Translations under genes and position numbers: made by a program
Shown: one piece after another, positions 44,096 through 53,459 of the stretch
Numbering within the stretch: position 1 is the stretch's first letter
How the letters are laid out: every line of letters starts with the position of its first letter
The notes under the pieces: model-generated
What the model was told of the DNA's origin: nothing
What the model saw: only the letters and a program-made list of their open reading frames with translations
Database searches by the model: none
Assembly (NCBI GenBank): GCA_963788565.1
Contig: CAWBHJ010000014.1
Location: 40,374-104,373 of the forward strand
Length of the DNA stretch: 64,000 nucleotides
Reading direction: 5' to 3'
Origin: an uncultured Solirubrobacterales bacterium
GTDB taxonomy: Bacteria > Actinomycetota > Thermoleophilia > Solirubrobacterales > Solirubrobacteraceae

Positions 44096-47000
44096 ATGCG
44101 GGCGCCAAGGCGCGCGCTGTTGGTCGCTGCGCTGGCGCTGCTGAGCCTCGGCGGAGTCGCGATCGCGCAGGGGGTCACCTCCGGCGAGGTCGGGCCGAGC
44201 CTGCACCTGACCGGTAACGGTCACCTGCTGCACCCCGCCGGCCGGCTGACCTCGGTGGGCAACTTCCCGGACGGCAGCGCGCTCGTGCCCGGCGGCCGAT
44301 TCCTGTGGGTCGCGGATTGTGGCCACGGCGAGGACGACGTCAAGGTCGTCAACCTGGCCAGCGGCAAGGTGATCCAGACGCTGCCGCTGCCGGGCTGCTA
44401 CGGAGGAGTCGCCGTCGCGCCGAGCGGCCGGGCCGCCTACGTCGGCGGCACCCCGAAGGGGAGCTCGCCGACCGAGGGCCCGACTAAGGGCGACAAGGGC
44501 GACGTGATCCACATCTTCACCGTCGATCCCGCGACCGGCAGGGGCGTCGAGCAGAACCCGCTGCAGCTCCCTTCGACCTCGGGCGGAAGCGGGCGGATCA
44601 ACTCGCTGCCACCGTCCGCGGGCGTCGGCAGCGCGCAACCGGAGGGACTCGCGGTGTCGCCCGACAGCCACTACCTGGTCGTCGCGCTGAACGCCGCCGA
44701 CGACGCGGTCGTCGTCGACCTTCACTCGATGTCGCAGCGGGTCATCAGCATCGGCCAGTACCCGAACGGCGTCGCATTCGACCCCCAGGGCCGCGCGTAC
44801 GTATCCAACGAGTACAGCGGCACCCTTTCGGTGATCGACCCCGCGAGCGCCAAGGTCACCCGCACGATCTCTGGCCTCGGCGGCGCCGGCGGTGACCTCG
44901 GGAGCCACCCGGAGGGACTGGTGGCCGATCCCCGCCGGCCCGCGCTCTACGTCGCCGTCACGAACCGCGATCTGGTGGCGGTGGTCAACACGAGTAGCGG
45001 TTCGGTCAGCCGCACGATCTCCGTCGCGCGGCCGCAGGGCCTCGGGACGGCGCCGACCAGCGTCGCGGTGGCGCCCGACGACGCGACGCTGTACTCGTCC
45101 GACGCCGGCGAGGACGCGATCGCGGCGATCTCGCTCGCCAAGCGCCCGGGTCCGGCGCGCGCGCACCGCGTCTACTCGCCGCCGTCGCTGGCGGCGATCC
45201 GCACGTACGGCCGGACGCACCACGCCCGGCTACTGCGCCCCGGCTCCTCCAGGGCGTGCGCGGGGCCGACGCTCCGCCAGGAGCGCCGCTACGTGCGGCG
45301 GGTGCTGACGGCGCAGCGGGGACCGGCCCGCCGCCGCGCCGCCCGGATCAGGGCCGCCCACGCCGTGCTGCCCGCGGTCGGCAGGTGCCGGAGCGGATAC
45401 ATCCCGAATCTCCCCGCCTACAAGTTGATCGGTCGGATCCCGACGGCGGCGTACCCGGACAGCGTGCAGACGACGGTCCGCGGCCAGCTGGTCTGGATCG
45501 CCGGCAAGGGCTTCGGCTCTGGCCCGAACCCGACGTACAACTTCGGCGGGGCAACAACTCCGTACCAGACCCCCCCGGACAAGCAGTACGGGACCTACGT
45601 ACTCGACATGTTCGTCGGGAAGGTCGGAACGCTCGCCGTCCCCAGCGACCTCGCCGTCACCGCAGACACGGCGGCCGCAAACTCGCAGTCGCGGCCGTTC
45701 GGCTCGGAGAGCCAGCCCGCCGGCAGCCCGATCCCGGCCATCACCGGCCGGCCGAGCGCGCAGATCAAGCACGTCTTCTACATCGTGCGAGAGAACCGCA
45801 CGTACGACCAGATCTTCGGCTCGGACCCACGCGGCGACGGCAACAAGGGGCTCGAGCTGTTCGACAACAACGGGGTCGCCGGCCCGACCGGCGGGGTCAC
45901 CCCGAACGCTCACAGCCTCGTGCAGCGTTTCCCGCTGATCGACCACTTCTACGAGGACTCGGAGGTGTCGGTCGACGGGCACCTGATCACGACCGGCGCG
46001 TACGCGACCGACTATGTGCAGAAGGCGACTGCCGCGAACTACGCCAACCGGCGCGGCACGTACGACTTCGGGATCTTCCCGGTCACGTTCCCGCCGAACT
46101 TCTTCATCTTCGACCAGGCGGTCAAACAGAACGTCAGCTTCATGGACTACGGCGAGGCGGTTGGCACGACGGCAGCGGGCAGCGCGCCGAACCGGTCCGC
46201 GTTCTCGCAGATCCAGCAACACGTGTTCGCGCCCTACCCCAACAACCTGCTGATCGGCTGCCTGCAGGCCGGCGTCAAGGCGAGCTGCACCCAGGACTCG
46301 GGCCTCTACAAGGGCACCGGCTCGATCTTCGCGGGCCAGAGCCGGTTCAACGAGTGGTACCCGGTGTTCCAGTCCCAGGTCGCCTCGGGGAGCGTCCCGG
46401 CGTTCAACTACATGATCCTGCCGGATGACCACACGAACGGGACGACTCCGAGCGACCCGACGCCGCAGGCGATGATCGCCGACAACGACCTCGGGCTCGG
46501 CCAGATCGTCGACGCGATCTCTCACTCCTCGATCTGGCCGTCGACCGCGATCTTCGTCGTCGAGGACGACTCCCAGGACGGCGCCGACCACGTCGACTCG
46601 CACCGCAGCCCTGCGTTCGTGATCAGCCCGTGGGCGCGCCAGGGCGCGGTCGTCCACACGCGCTACGACCAGTACTCGATGCTGCGGACCATGGAGCTGA
46701 TCCTCGGACTCGACCCGCTCGCGCTGGGTGACGCGCTCGCCACCCCGATGTACGACACGTTTATCAGCGGCTCCGAGAAGCCCAACGACGCGCCGTACAA
46801 CGTGGTCACGCCCTCGTACCCGATCACGACGGTGAATGCGGCCTCGGCGGCAGACGCGAAGCTCTCGAAGCAGCTTCCTTGGGACCGGCTCGACGCGGTT
46901 CCGCAGTCGATCTCCGATCAGATCCTGTGGGCGTCGGTGCACGGCGCCAACTCGAGTCCGCCGCCCGCCGGCCCGAACGCCTCGCCCGACGAGGTCGACC

Positions 47001-47137
47001 GGGCGACGATGATGCGCTACCTGCTCCGTGAGGCGCACCGGAACCCGTCCTCAGAGGTGAACCGCGCGTGGCAACGCGCCGGCTCGAGCTGCCCGATCAC
47101 ATGGGCGTGCAAGCCGCCCCCGCCCGGCGAGCCCTAA
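44096..47137 (+). CDS. Secreted bifunctional YncE-like (YVTN) beta-propeller / phosphoesterase (PLC-acid phosphatase family) protein
   Basis: The signal is MRAPRRALLVAALALLSLGGVAIAQG; alternative starts are at 44066 and 44069. YVTN-type blades are YPNGVAFDPQGRAYVSNEYSGTLSVID. The phosphoesterase motif is IKHVFYIVRENRTYDQIFG, followed by FVVEDDSQDGADHVDSHRS. Confidence 0.8.
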   Translation: MRAPRRALLVAALALLSLGGVAIAQGVTSGEVGPSLHLTGNGHLLHPAGRLTSVGNFPDGSALVPGGRFLWVADCGHGEDDVKVVNLASGKVIQTLPLPGCYGGVAVAPSGRAAYVGGTPKGSSPTEGPTKGDKGDVIHIFTVDPATGRGVEQNPLQLPSTSGGSGRINSLPPSAGVGSAQPEGLAVSPDSHYLVVALNAADDAVVVDLHSMSQRVISIGQYPNGVAFDPQGRAYVSNEYSGTLSVIDPASAKVTRTISGLGGAGGDLGSHPEGLVADPRRPALYVAVTNRDLVAVVNTSSGSVSRTISVARPQGLGTAPTSVAVAPDDATLYSSDAGEDAIAAISLAKRPGPARAHRVYSPPSLAAIRTYGRTHHARLLRPGSSRACAGPTLRQERRYVRRVLTAQRGPARRRAARIRAAHAVLPAVGRCRSGYIPNLPAYKLIGRIPTAAYPDSVQTTVRGQLVWIAGKGFGSGPNPTYNFGGATTPYQTPPDKQYGTYVLDMFVGKVGTLAVPSDLAVTADTAAANSQSRPFGSESQPAGSPIPAITGRPSAQIKHVFYIVRENRTYDQIFGSDPRGDGNKGLELFDNNGVAGPTGGVTPNAHSLVQRFPLIDHFYEDSEVSVDGHLITTGAYATDYVQKATAANYANRRGTYDFGIFPVTFPPNFFIFDQAVKQNVSFMDYGEAVGTTAAGSAPNRSAFSQIQQHVFAPYPNNLLIGCLQAGVKASCTQDSGLYKGTGSIFAGQSRFNEWYPVFQSQVASGSVPAFNYMILPDDHTNGTTPSDPTPQAMIADNDLGLGQIVDAISHSSIWPSTAIFVVEDDSQDGADHVDSHRSPAFVISPWARQGAVVHTRYDQYSMLRTMELILGLDPLALGDALATPMYDTFISGSEKPNDAPYNVVTPSYPITTVNAASAADAKLSKQLPWDRLDAVPQSISDQILWASVHGANSSPPPAGPNASPDEVDRATMMRYLLREAHRNPSSEVNRAWQRAGSSCPITWACKPPPPGEP

Positions 47138-47148
47138 TCGATCTGGGA

Positions 47149-47175
47149 GATTTTGACCGCCAGGCGGTCAAAATC
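47149..47175. terminator. Bidirectional hairpin between convergent genes
   Basis: GATTTTGACC-gccaggc-GGTCAAAATC. T/A runs form the outer stem on both strands. Confidence 0.5.
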
Positions 47176-47191
47176 ACCCACATCGGGGCAC

Positions 47192-48502
47192 CTAGAGCAC
47201 GTTGAAGCAGCCGTAGATCGTCACGATCGGGTTGACGACGGATCGCCCGCGGGTGTCGCGGATCGTCGACTGCCCGACCAGCAGCGGCGGCGAGGTGGCC
47301 TTGTAGCAGCCGTTCGACTGGACGCTGACGTCGTAGGCGACCGGCGTGTCGGTCAGCGGCTGGGTGCCCTTCGAGAGCAGGATGTAGACGTTCATCGTGC
47401 AGGTCCAGTCGCCGGGCCCGACCGCTTTGGCGCCGCGCTTCCCGCAGACGGGGAGGATCCGGTACCGCGCCCCGGCCGGGATCGGATGGCCGAGCTGGTT
47501 CTGCTGGAGCAGCGTCAGCCGCTTGAATTCCGGCGCGAACGTCCGCGAGAGCTTGGCCCGGGTGACGCCCGCGGGACCGAGGTTCGTCGCGAGCGCGAGC
47601 AGCGCGACCACCGCGACCCCGGCGACCGCGATCCGCAGCGGCGCCTGCCAGCCCTGGCGCGGGGAGGAGCCGATGAACTCGCGGCGGCGCAGGATCAGCC
47701 ACGCGGCCGCGAGCGAGCCCGCGATCCAGCACAGGCAGACGAGCAGCGACACGACCAGGGGGCCGAAGAACGGCCTGGCGACGAACAGCCCGTGCCACGC
47801 GTCGAACGCCGAGCCGAGCAGCAGCAGGTGAACCCAGACGCCGTTGCCGATCAGCGCCAGCAGCTGGGTCAGCAGCGCGACCAGGATCGGCCCGAGCACG
47901 CCGACGATCCCGTTGCGCGTCCAGACGGAGAAGAGGATCGCCAGCGCGACGTAGCCGAGCAGCGGCAGCAGCGCGATCAGCCAGCTGACGGCGACGAGCA
48001 CCAGCAGGTGGCCGGAGGACAGCTCGCGGCCGCTGAGGTCGACCATCTCGTGACCGCCGACCAGGATCAGCCCGGCGAGGATGCTCGACACCGCCAGCAG
48101 CGCCCCGAGCAGCAGCGCCAACGTGATCGCTGCGAGGACCTTGCCGGCGAACACCTCATCGAGCGTCCGCGACCGCGTCAGCAGCGTGTTCCAGGTCCCG
48201 TGCCGATCCTCGGACGCGAACAGGTCGCCGGCGAGGACCCCCGCGACGATCGGCAGGCCCCAGGTTCCGGCGAACCCGAGCACGACGAGCGCGATCGCGT
48301 AGCCCGAGGTGTGGACCCAGACGCCGAACAGGGCGTCGGATGGGGTCCCGCTCTGGACCTTGAGCAGCACGCCGAACACGAACGGTCCGAGCGCGCAGAC
48401 CACGACCAGCAGCCGGAACGGCAGCTGCGCCAGCAGCTTGCGCCGCTCGATCCGCGCCGCCGAGCGGATCCGCGCCGGGGCATCCATGGCGACGGCGCTC
48501 AC
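47192..48502 (-). CDS. ABC-2 type permease with an extra C-terminal TM segment and a ~130-aa Cys-containing extracytoplasmic domain
   Basis: There are six hydrophobic segments and the motif FASEDRHGTWNTLLTRS. The GTG at 48502 overlaps the ATPase stop; the ATG at 48487 is an alternative. The C-terminal domain has 4 Cys. Confidence 0.78.
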   Translation of the reverse strand: MSAVAMDAPARIRSAARIERRKLLAQLPFRLLVVVCALGPFVFGVLLKVQSGTPSDALFGVWVHTSGYAIALVVLGFAGTWGLPIVAGVLAGDLFASEDRHGTWNTLLTRSRTLDEVFAGKVLAAITLALLLGALLAVSSILAGLILVGGHEMVDLSGRELSSGHLLVLVAVSWLIALLPLLGYVALAILFSVWTRNGIVGVLGPILVALLTQLLALIGNGVWVHLLLLGSAFDAWHGLFVARPFFGPLVVSLLVCLCWIAGSLAAAWLILRRREFIGSSPRQGWQAPLRIAVAGVAVVALLALATNLGPAGVTRAKLSRTFAPEFKRLTLLQQNQLGHPIPAGARYRILPVCGKRGAKAVGPGDWTCTMNVYILLSKGTQPLTDTPVAYDVSVQSNGCYKATSPPLLVGQSTIRDTRGRSVVNPIVTIYGCFNVL

Positions 48503-49425
48503 GGCGCCTCCGTCAGCTCGAAGAACATGCTCTCGAGCGGGCTGACGAGCAGCTCGAGCCGCCGCACGCCGACGCCGTCGCGGCCGAGCGCGACCGTGTA
48601 GGCGTCGAGCGCCTCGGGCCGCGCCACCAGCCGGAAGCCGCGCTCGTCGAGCTCGTCCCGCAGCCGGACGCCGTCGTGGCGGCGCGCGAGCGCGAGCGCG
48701 GCCTCGTCGTCGCTGGTGCTGATCAGGTACACCGACCCGGGCGCCTCGGCCTCGAGCCGCGGCGCCGCGCCGTCCCACACCACGCGCCCCGCGTTGATGA
48801 TCGTGTACGAGTGACACAGCGCCTCGAGCTCGCCGATCAGGTGGCTCGAGACGATCACCGCCACGCCGTCGGCCGCCAGCTCCCTCAGCAGCGAGCCGAC
48901 CGCGCGGATGCCCTCCGGGTCGAGGCCGCTCGTTGGCTCGTCGAGCAGCAGCAGCTTCGGCCGGCGCAGCAGCGCGCCGGCGATCCCGAGCCGCTGGCGC
49001 ATCCCGGTCGAGTAGCCGCCAACGCGATCACCGGCGCGGGCGCCAAGCCCGACTCGTTCGAGCGCCTCGTCGATCCCGTTGCCCGAGACGTCGTCGATCT
49101 CGTGCAACAGCCGGAGGTTCGCGCGGCCCGACAGGTAGGGGTAGAACGCCGGCTGCTCGACGAAACCCCCGACCTGTTCGAGCGGGATCCGCTTGTCGAA
49201 CTCGCGGGCGCGCCCGAGCAGCTCGATCGAGCCGGCATCGGGACGGATCAGCCCGAACAGCGCCCGCAGCAGCGTCGTCTTGCCGGCGCCGTTGGGGCCG
49301 AGCAGGCCGCGCAGCTCGCCCTGCCCGAGCTCGAGGTCGACCCCGTCGAGCGCCTGCTGCCCGCCGTAGCGCTTCGTCAATCCGCGCACGCGAACAGCGG
49401 CGCCTCCGGTCCCGGCCTCGATCAC
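48499..49425 (-). CDS. ABC transporter ATP-binding protein
   Basis: Walker A is GPNGAGKTT, the signature is YSTGMRQR, and Walker B is LLLLDEPTSGLD. Confidence 0.9.
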   Translation of the reverse strand: MIEAGTGGAAVRVRGLTKRYGGQQALDGVDLELGQGELRGLLGPNGAGKTTLLRALFGLIRPDAGSIELLGRAREFDKRIPLEQVGGFVEQPAFYPYLSGRANLRLLHEIDDVSGNGIDEALERVGLGARAGDRVGGYSTGMRQRLGIAGALLRRPKLLLLDEPTSGLDPEGIRAVGSLLRELAADGVAVIVSSHLIGELEALCHSYTIINAGRVVWDGAAPRLEAEAPGSVYLISTSDDEAALALARRHDGVRLRDELDERGFRLVARPEALDAYTVALGRDGVGVRRLELLVSPLESMFFELTEAP

Positions 49426-49435
49426 GCCCGGAAGA

Positions 49436-49633
49436 CTACGAGCGGGCGGCTCGCCAGACCGACCCGGCGAGCAGCGCGAACACCGCGACCGGCAAGATCC
49501 ACCACGCGGCGATGCTGGTGCCGGCGACGAGCCCCGTGATCCCGAGCGCGACGACGACGCCGACGGCGATCCGCCAGTCGTCGCCGACGACGAAGTCCCA
49601 CAGGAACCGCAGGAACGCCTCGACCCGTCTCAC
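49436..49633 (-). CDS. Small two-TM membrane protein (65 aa)
   Basis: FLWDFVVGDDWRIAVGVVVAL is a motif recalled from conserved actinobacterial small membrane proteins. It overlaps the upstream gene by 4 nt. Confidence 0.5.
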   Translation of the reverse strand: MRRVEAFLRFLWDFVVGDDWRIAVGVVVALGITGLVAGTSIAAWWILPVAVFALLAGSVWRAARS

Positions 49634-50406
49634 GCCCCCACCGCCGCCTCGGCGCCGACCGCGCGGTGTCGGCCCAGTCGCCGGCGGCGGCGGATCAGGG
49701 CCACCAGGCCGAGCGACACCAAGAGCGTCGCCGGGATGATCACGAGCAGCGCCGCGTCACCTCCCGGCCAGTCCGCGCTCGCGCCCTCCGCTCCCCAGAA
49801 CATGCCGAACGAGGTCAGCATCACGCCCACCGCGAACTTCAGCGTGTTCTCGGGAACCCGGGCGAGCGGGCGGTGCACGGCGAGCCCGGCCGCCACGACG
49901 GCGAGCACGGCGACCGCGGCCGCCGCCGCCGCGAGCCCGACGTTGTGCTGGTTCGATCCGAACGTGAGCACGATGAACACGACCTCGAGCCCCTCGAGCA
50001 GCACGCCCTTGAACGCCACCGTGAACGAGTACGGATCGAAGCGGGTGCGGTCGATCGCGCCTGCGTCGCGCGCGGCCGCCAGTTCCTCCTCGTACGCCTT
50101 CTCTTCGTCGTGCAGGGCCTTCAGCCCGCCCGCGCGGAGGATCGCCTTACGCAACCATTGGAGCCCGAAGATCAGCAGCAGCGCGCCGACGACGAGGCGG
50201 AGCGCGTTGATCGGTAGGGCGGTCAGCGCCGGGCCGAGCGCGGCGGTGATCACCGCGAGCACCAGCAGCGCGACGCCGACGCCGGTCAGGCTCGAGCGCC
50301 AGCTGCGCGTTGTGCCGACCGCGAGCACGATCGTGAGTGCCTCGACCGCCTCGACGGCGCAGGCCAGGAAGACTGAGATCGCGAGCCCGAGCTCGGTGCC
50401 GGTCAC
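49630..50406 (-). CDS. Integral membrane protein (COG4280-like; possible cation transporter of the LysE/GDT1-type superfamily)
   Basis: It has two homologous halves, each starting with an acidic TM helix (AVEAVEALTIVLAVG and LLEGLEVVFIVLTFG), separated by a cytoplasmic helical loop. Confidence 0.6.
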   Translation of the reverse strand: MTGTELGLAISVFLACAVEAVEALTIVLAVGTTRSWRSSLTGVGVALLVLAVITAALGPALTALPINALRLVVGALLLIFGLQWLRKAILRAGGLKALHDEEKAYEEELAAARDAGAIDRTRFDPYSFTVAFKGVLLEGLEVVFIVLTFGSNQHNVGLAAAAAAVAVLAVVAAGLAVHRPLARVPENTLKFAVGVMLTSFGMFWGAEGASADWPGGDAALLVIIPATLLVSLGLVALIRRRRRLGRHRAVGAEAAVGA

Positions 50407-50419
50407 CGCCCAAATGTAC

Positions 50420-50914
50420 TCAGCAGACCCTGAAAACCTGGTAAGCGACGCCCGGTCCTGGGCATAGCCGGCCGCGGCCGATCAGCGCGCTCTGCGAGAG
50501 CCACTGGTACCGGGGGTCGCCGGTCTCGACGTCGATCGACGCGCGCCAATAGTGGTCCTCGAAATCGGTCGTGCCGCCGGAGCGCATCGCGTCGATCAGC
50601 ATCGGGCTGGGCTCGATCAGGCCGCGGTAGCGAAAGTAGATGAGCGCGCCGTCATCGCTCCGTGCCTGCCCGCGGACGTCGATCCGGGTCCATCCGTCGG
50701 CGCCGACGAGCGCCCAGTCGCCGCCTCCGCCGAGCACCTCGCCGCTCAGCGCCGGGCCGCTGATCCGGCCGCCGCGGACCTCGTAGAAGAGGCGCGTGCC
50801 CCGGTGGGTGGGGCCGAACGCGACCGGCGGCGCGAGCGTCACCGCGTAGTCGAAAAGATGCTCCGTGTCGAGCGCCGGGGCGAGCGGCGGGCGCGTGGTC
50901 GTCATATTGGACAT
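50420..50914 (-). CDS. DUF3237 family beta-barrel protein
   Basis: The pattern G.R.FYEV.GG.ISGP.L.GEVL.GGGDW...DG...IDVR....DDGALIYF.Y.G is present. Confidence 0.7.
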   Translation of the reverse strand: MSNMTTTRPPLAPALDTEHLFDYAVTLAPPVAFGPTHRGTRLFYEVRGGRISGPALSGEVLGGGGDWALVGADGWTRIDVRGQARSDDGALIYFRYRGLIEPSPMLIDAMRSGGTTDFEDHYWRASIDVETGDPRYQWLSQSALIGRGRLCPGPGVAYQVFRVC

Positions 50915-50971
50915 TTATAGATATTGTCTAGCCGATTGTCAAGGCTGGCGAATGTCGATAGGGTTTGACGC
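50915..50971. promoter_or_regulatory. Divergent promoter/operator region for the TetR-family gene and the DUF3237-ABC operon
   Basis: This 57-bp AT-enriched spacer has two direct ATTGTC hexamers (50923-50928 and 50935-50940). They are flanked by inverted GACAT (50910-50914) and ATGTC (50952-50956). Confidence 0.35.
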
Positions 50972-51595
50972 ATGGCTTCGGCATCCCGCACCGCGCTGGA
51001 GCGCGCGCTCGCCGGCGAACGCGAGCCCGCGCGGGCGACGCCGCTAGACGCGCTGAAGGCGGCGCGAAAGATGTGGCTGGCCGAGCAGCGGATCGATATG
51101 GGCGCGCTGGCCAGCGAGCTGGGGATCAGCCGCGCGACCCTCTACAACTGGGTCGGGGACCGCGAGCGGCTGACCGCGGAGGTGATCTGGTCGATGGCCG
51201 AGCGGGCGATCGCCGGGGGACGCCGCGAGGCGCGCGGCTCGGGAGCGGACTACCTGTCGGACGTGATCGGCCACTACCTGGCCGTCACCGCCCAGTTCGA
51301 GCCCACCCGTCGCTTCATCGAGCGCGACCCGGAATTCGCGCTCAGGGTCCTGACGAGCCGGCAAACCCCGTTTCAGGGACGCCTTACCGACGCGGTCCGA
51401 GGACTGATCGAGGAGCAGGTGAGCGGGGCCGGCTACGAGCCGCCGCTCGAGCCCGAGACGCTCGCCTACGTGCTGGTCCGGATCGGCGAGGCGTTCATCT
51501 TCAACGATCTGATCACCGGTACCGACCCGGACCTCGAGCGTGCGGTGCAGGCGAGCAGCGTGCTGCTGCACGCGGCGGCGGTACAGGCGCGCTAG
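50972..51595 (+). CDS. TetR/AcrR family regulator (QsdR-like)
   Basis: The HTH is IDMGALASELGISRATLYNWVGDRE. The C-terminal region is QsdR-type. Confidence 0.8.
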   Translation: MASASRTALERALAGEREPARATPLDALKAARKMWLAEQRIDMGALASELGISRATLYNWVGDRERLTAEVIWSMAERAIAGGRREARGSGADYLSDVIGHYLAVTAQFEPTRRFIERDPEFALRVLTSRQTPFQGRLTDAVRGLIEEQVSGAGYEPPLEPETLAYVLVRIGEAFIFNDLITGTDPDLERAVQASSVLLHAAAVQAR

Positions 51596-52026
51596 TCGCC
51601 GCCGTCGCCCAGTAGCTGCTGCGCGATCGTTCCCTGGTCGAAGTACACGCGCTCGCAGACGATCGTCTCGCCGCCCGGGTCGAACTCGAACACCGCGCAC
51701 ATCCGGCAGCGGAAGCTGCGGCCCGTCGGCGCGATCCCGCGCAGCTCGCCCAGATGGGTGCCGACGAGGTCGAACTCCGCGATCACGGCGTCCTCGGCGG
51801 CGTGGAGGACGGTGTTCTCGTTGCGCTGGTCGGGGAACGCAGACCGGGAGGCGAGGTAGTACTGGGCTACCGCCTCGGCCCCGTCGTGTACCTCACCCGT
51901 GCCGATGATCTCGTAGCGGGGGTGCTCGAAGGTCTTGAGCGTGTCGTTGAAGCGGTGCTCGTTCTCGGAGAGCATGTGCTCGCGGACGAGCGCGAGGCGG
52001 CGCTCGCGGAGGCCGGTCGCGCTCAC
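51592..52026 (-). CDS. SnoaL-like / ester cyclase (NTF2 superfamily) protein
   Basis: VREHMLSENEH.F...L..F..P.YEIIGTGEVHDG is present. The GTG at 52026 is preceded by AGGAG. The stop overlaps the TetR gene's stop in a shared CTAG. Confidence 0.72.
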   Translation of the reverse strand: MSATGLRERRLALVREHMLSENEHRFNDTLKTFEHPRYEIIGTGEVHDGAEAVAQYYLASRSAFPDQRNENTVLHAAEDAVIAEFDLVGTHLGELRGIAPTGRSFRCRMCAVFEFDPGGETIVCERVYFDQGTIAQQLLGDGGD

Positions 52027-52031
52027 CCCGG

Positions 52032-52559
52032 CTACTCCTCTGAGGTCGAGCACGCCGCGGCGGCGCGCGGCGCAAAGCGCGAGAAGACCGACGCGAGCGT
52101 CGCGATCTCCTCGGCGGAGAGCTGCTCGAAGAAGCTCTGGTAGACCGACTCGAAGTGCGCCTTCTGCGCCCGCCGCACGAGCTCCAGGCCGGCGTCCGTG
52201 AGGTGCCCCTCCACCGCGCGGGCATCGTTCTCCACGGCTCGGCGCTCCACCAGTCCGCGCGCCTGCAGCGAGTCCATGATCCGCGAGATCCGGCTCAGAC
52301 TGAGCCCGCACTCGGTGGCCAAGGCCGACAGCCGCAGGCTCCGGCCCGGCGCGGCGGCGAGCCGCCCGAGCGCTTCGAGCGCGCTGAGCGTGACGCCATG
52401 CTCGGCCTCGAGCTCGGCGTCGAGCGTGCGGGTCAGTCGTTTGTGCGTCTCGAGCAGTCCGATCCACGCGTCGGCGTGCGTGTCCGACCACGTCGCGAGG
52501 CCGTCGTCGCCCATGACGAACGCGCATGCTGTAGATGTGGTGTCAGCGGGTGTAGCCAT
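52032..52559 (-). CDS. MarR family transcriptional regulator
   Basis: The winged HTH is LSALEALGRLAAAPGRSLRLSALATECGLSLSRISRIMDSLQARGLVERR. Confidence 0.85.
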   Translation of the reverse strand: MATPADTTSTACAFVMGDDGLATWSDTHADAWIGLLETHKRLTRTLDAELEAEHGVTLSALEALGRLAAAPGRSLRLSALATECGLSLSRISRIMDSLQARGLVERRAVENDARAVEGHLTDAGLELVRRAQKAHFESVYQSFFEQLSAEEIATLASVFSRFAPRAAAACSTSEE

Positions 52560-52563
52560 ATGC

Positions 52564-52575
52564 TTGCTCTAGCAA
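52564..52575. promoter_or_regulatory. Candidate MarR operator palindrome TTGCT-CT-AGCAA
   Basis: A perfect 5+2+5 palindrome lies 5 nt upstream of the MarR start, inside the 42-bp divergent spacer. Confidence 0.3.
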
Positions 52576-52601
52576 TTATAGCTCTGGAAAGGGAGTGATC
52601 G

Positions 52602-53459
52602 GTGGATTTCGATCAGATCATCGTGGACGTGTCCGACGGCATCATGACGATCACGCTGAACCGGCCCGAACGGCTGAACGCGTGGACCGCACAGATGGCG
52701 CGGGAGCTGATCGCGGCGTTCGATCAGGCCGACGCCGACGATCGGGTCAGGGCGGTGATCATGACCGGCGCCGGCCGCGGGTACTGTGCCGGCGCTGACC
52801 TCGAGCGCGGAGGGGAGACGTTCGACGCGCGGGCGCGCGGGTACTCGTCCCAGGAGGTGCCGCGAGATAACGGCGGTCAGCTCGCGCTGCGGATCTTCAA
52901 CTGCGAAAAGCCGGTGATCGCTGCGGTCAACGGGCCCGCGGTTGGCGTCGGGGCGACGACGCTGCTGCCGATGGACATCCGCCTCGCGTCCGAGAACGCC
53001 CGCTTCGGGTTCGTGTTCGTCCGCCGCGGGATCGTGCCCGAGGCCGCCTCGAGCTGGTTCCTGCCGCGCGTCGTCGGGATCAGCCAGGCGATGGAGTGGG
53101 TCGCGACAGGACGCGTGTTCTCGGCCGAGGAGGCGCTCAAGGGCGGTCTGGTCCGCAGCGTGCACCCGCCCGACGAGCTGCTCGGGGCCGCCCGCGAGCT
53201 CGCGAAAGAGATCGTGGACAACGCGGCGCCGGTGTCCGTGGCGCTGGCACGGCGGATGATGTGGCGGATGCTGGGCGCGCCGCACCCGATGAGCGCCCAC
53301 CGCGTCGACTCCCGCGCGATGCTGGCACGCGGGCAATCCGCGGACGTGGTCGAGGGCATCACCTCGTTCCTCGAGAAGCGGCCGCCGCGGTTCACCGACC
53401 AGGTGAGCGACGGCCTGCCGGACGTGTTCCCCGACTGGAAGGAGCCGGCGTTCGGGTGA
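52602..53459 (+). CDS. Enoyl-CoA hydratase/isomerase (crotonase) family protein
   Basis: ITLNRPERLNAW, VIMTGAGRGYCAGADL, PVIAAVNGPAVGVG. Confidence 0.88.
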   Translation: MDFDQIIVDVSDGIMTITLNRPERLNAWTAQMARELIAAFDQADADDRVRAVIMTGAGRGYCAGADLERGGETFDARARGYSSQEVPRDNGGQLALRIFNCEKPVIAAVNGPAVGVGATTLLPMDIRLASENARFGFVFVRRGIVPEAASSWFLPRVVGISQAMEWVATGRVFSAEEALKGGLVRSVHPPDELLGAARELAKEIVDNAAPVSVALARRMMWRMLGAPHPMSAHRVDSRAMLARGQSADVVEGITSFLEKRPPRFTDQVSDGLPDVFPDWKEPAFG

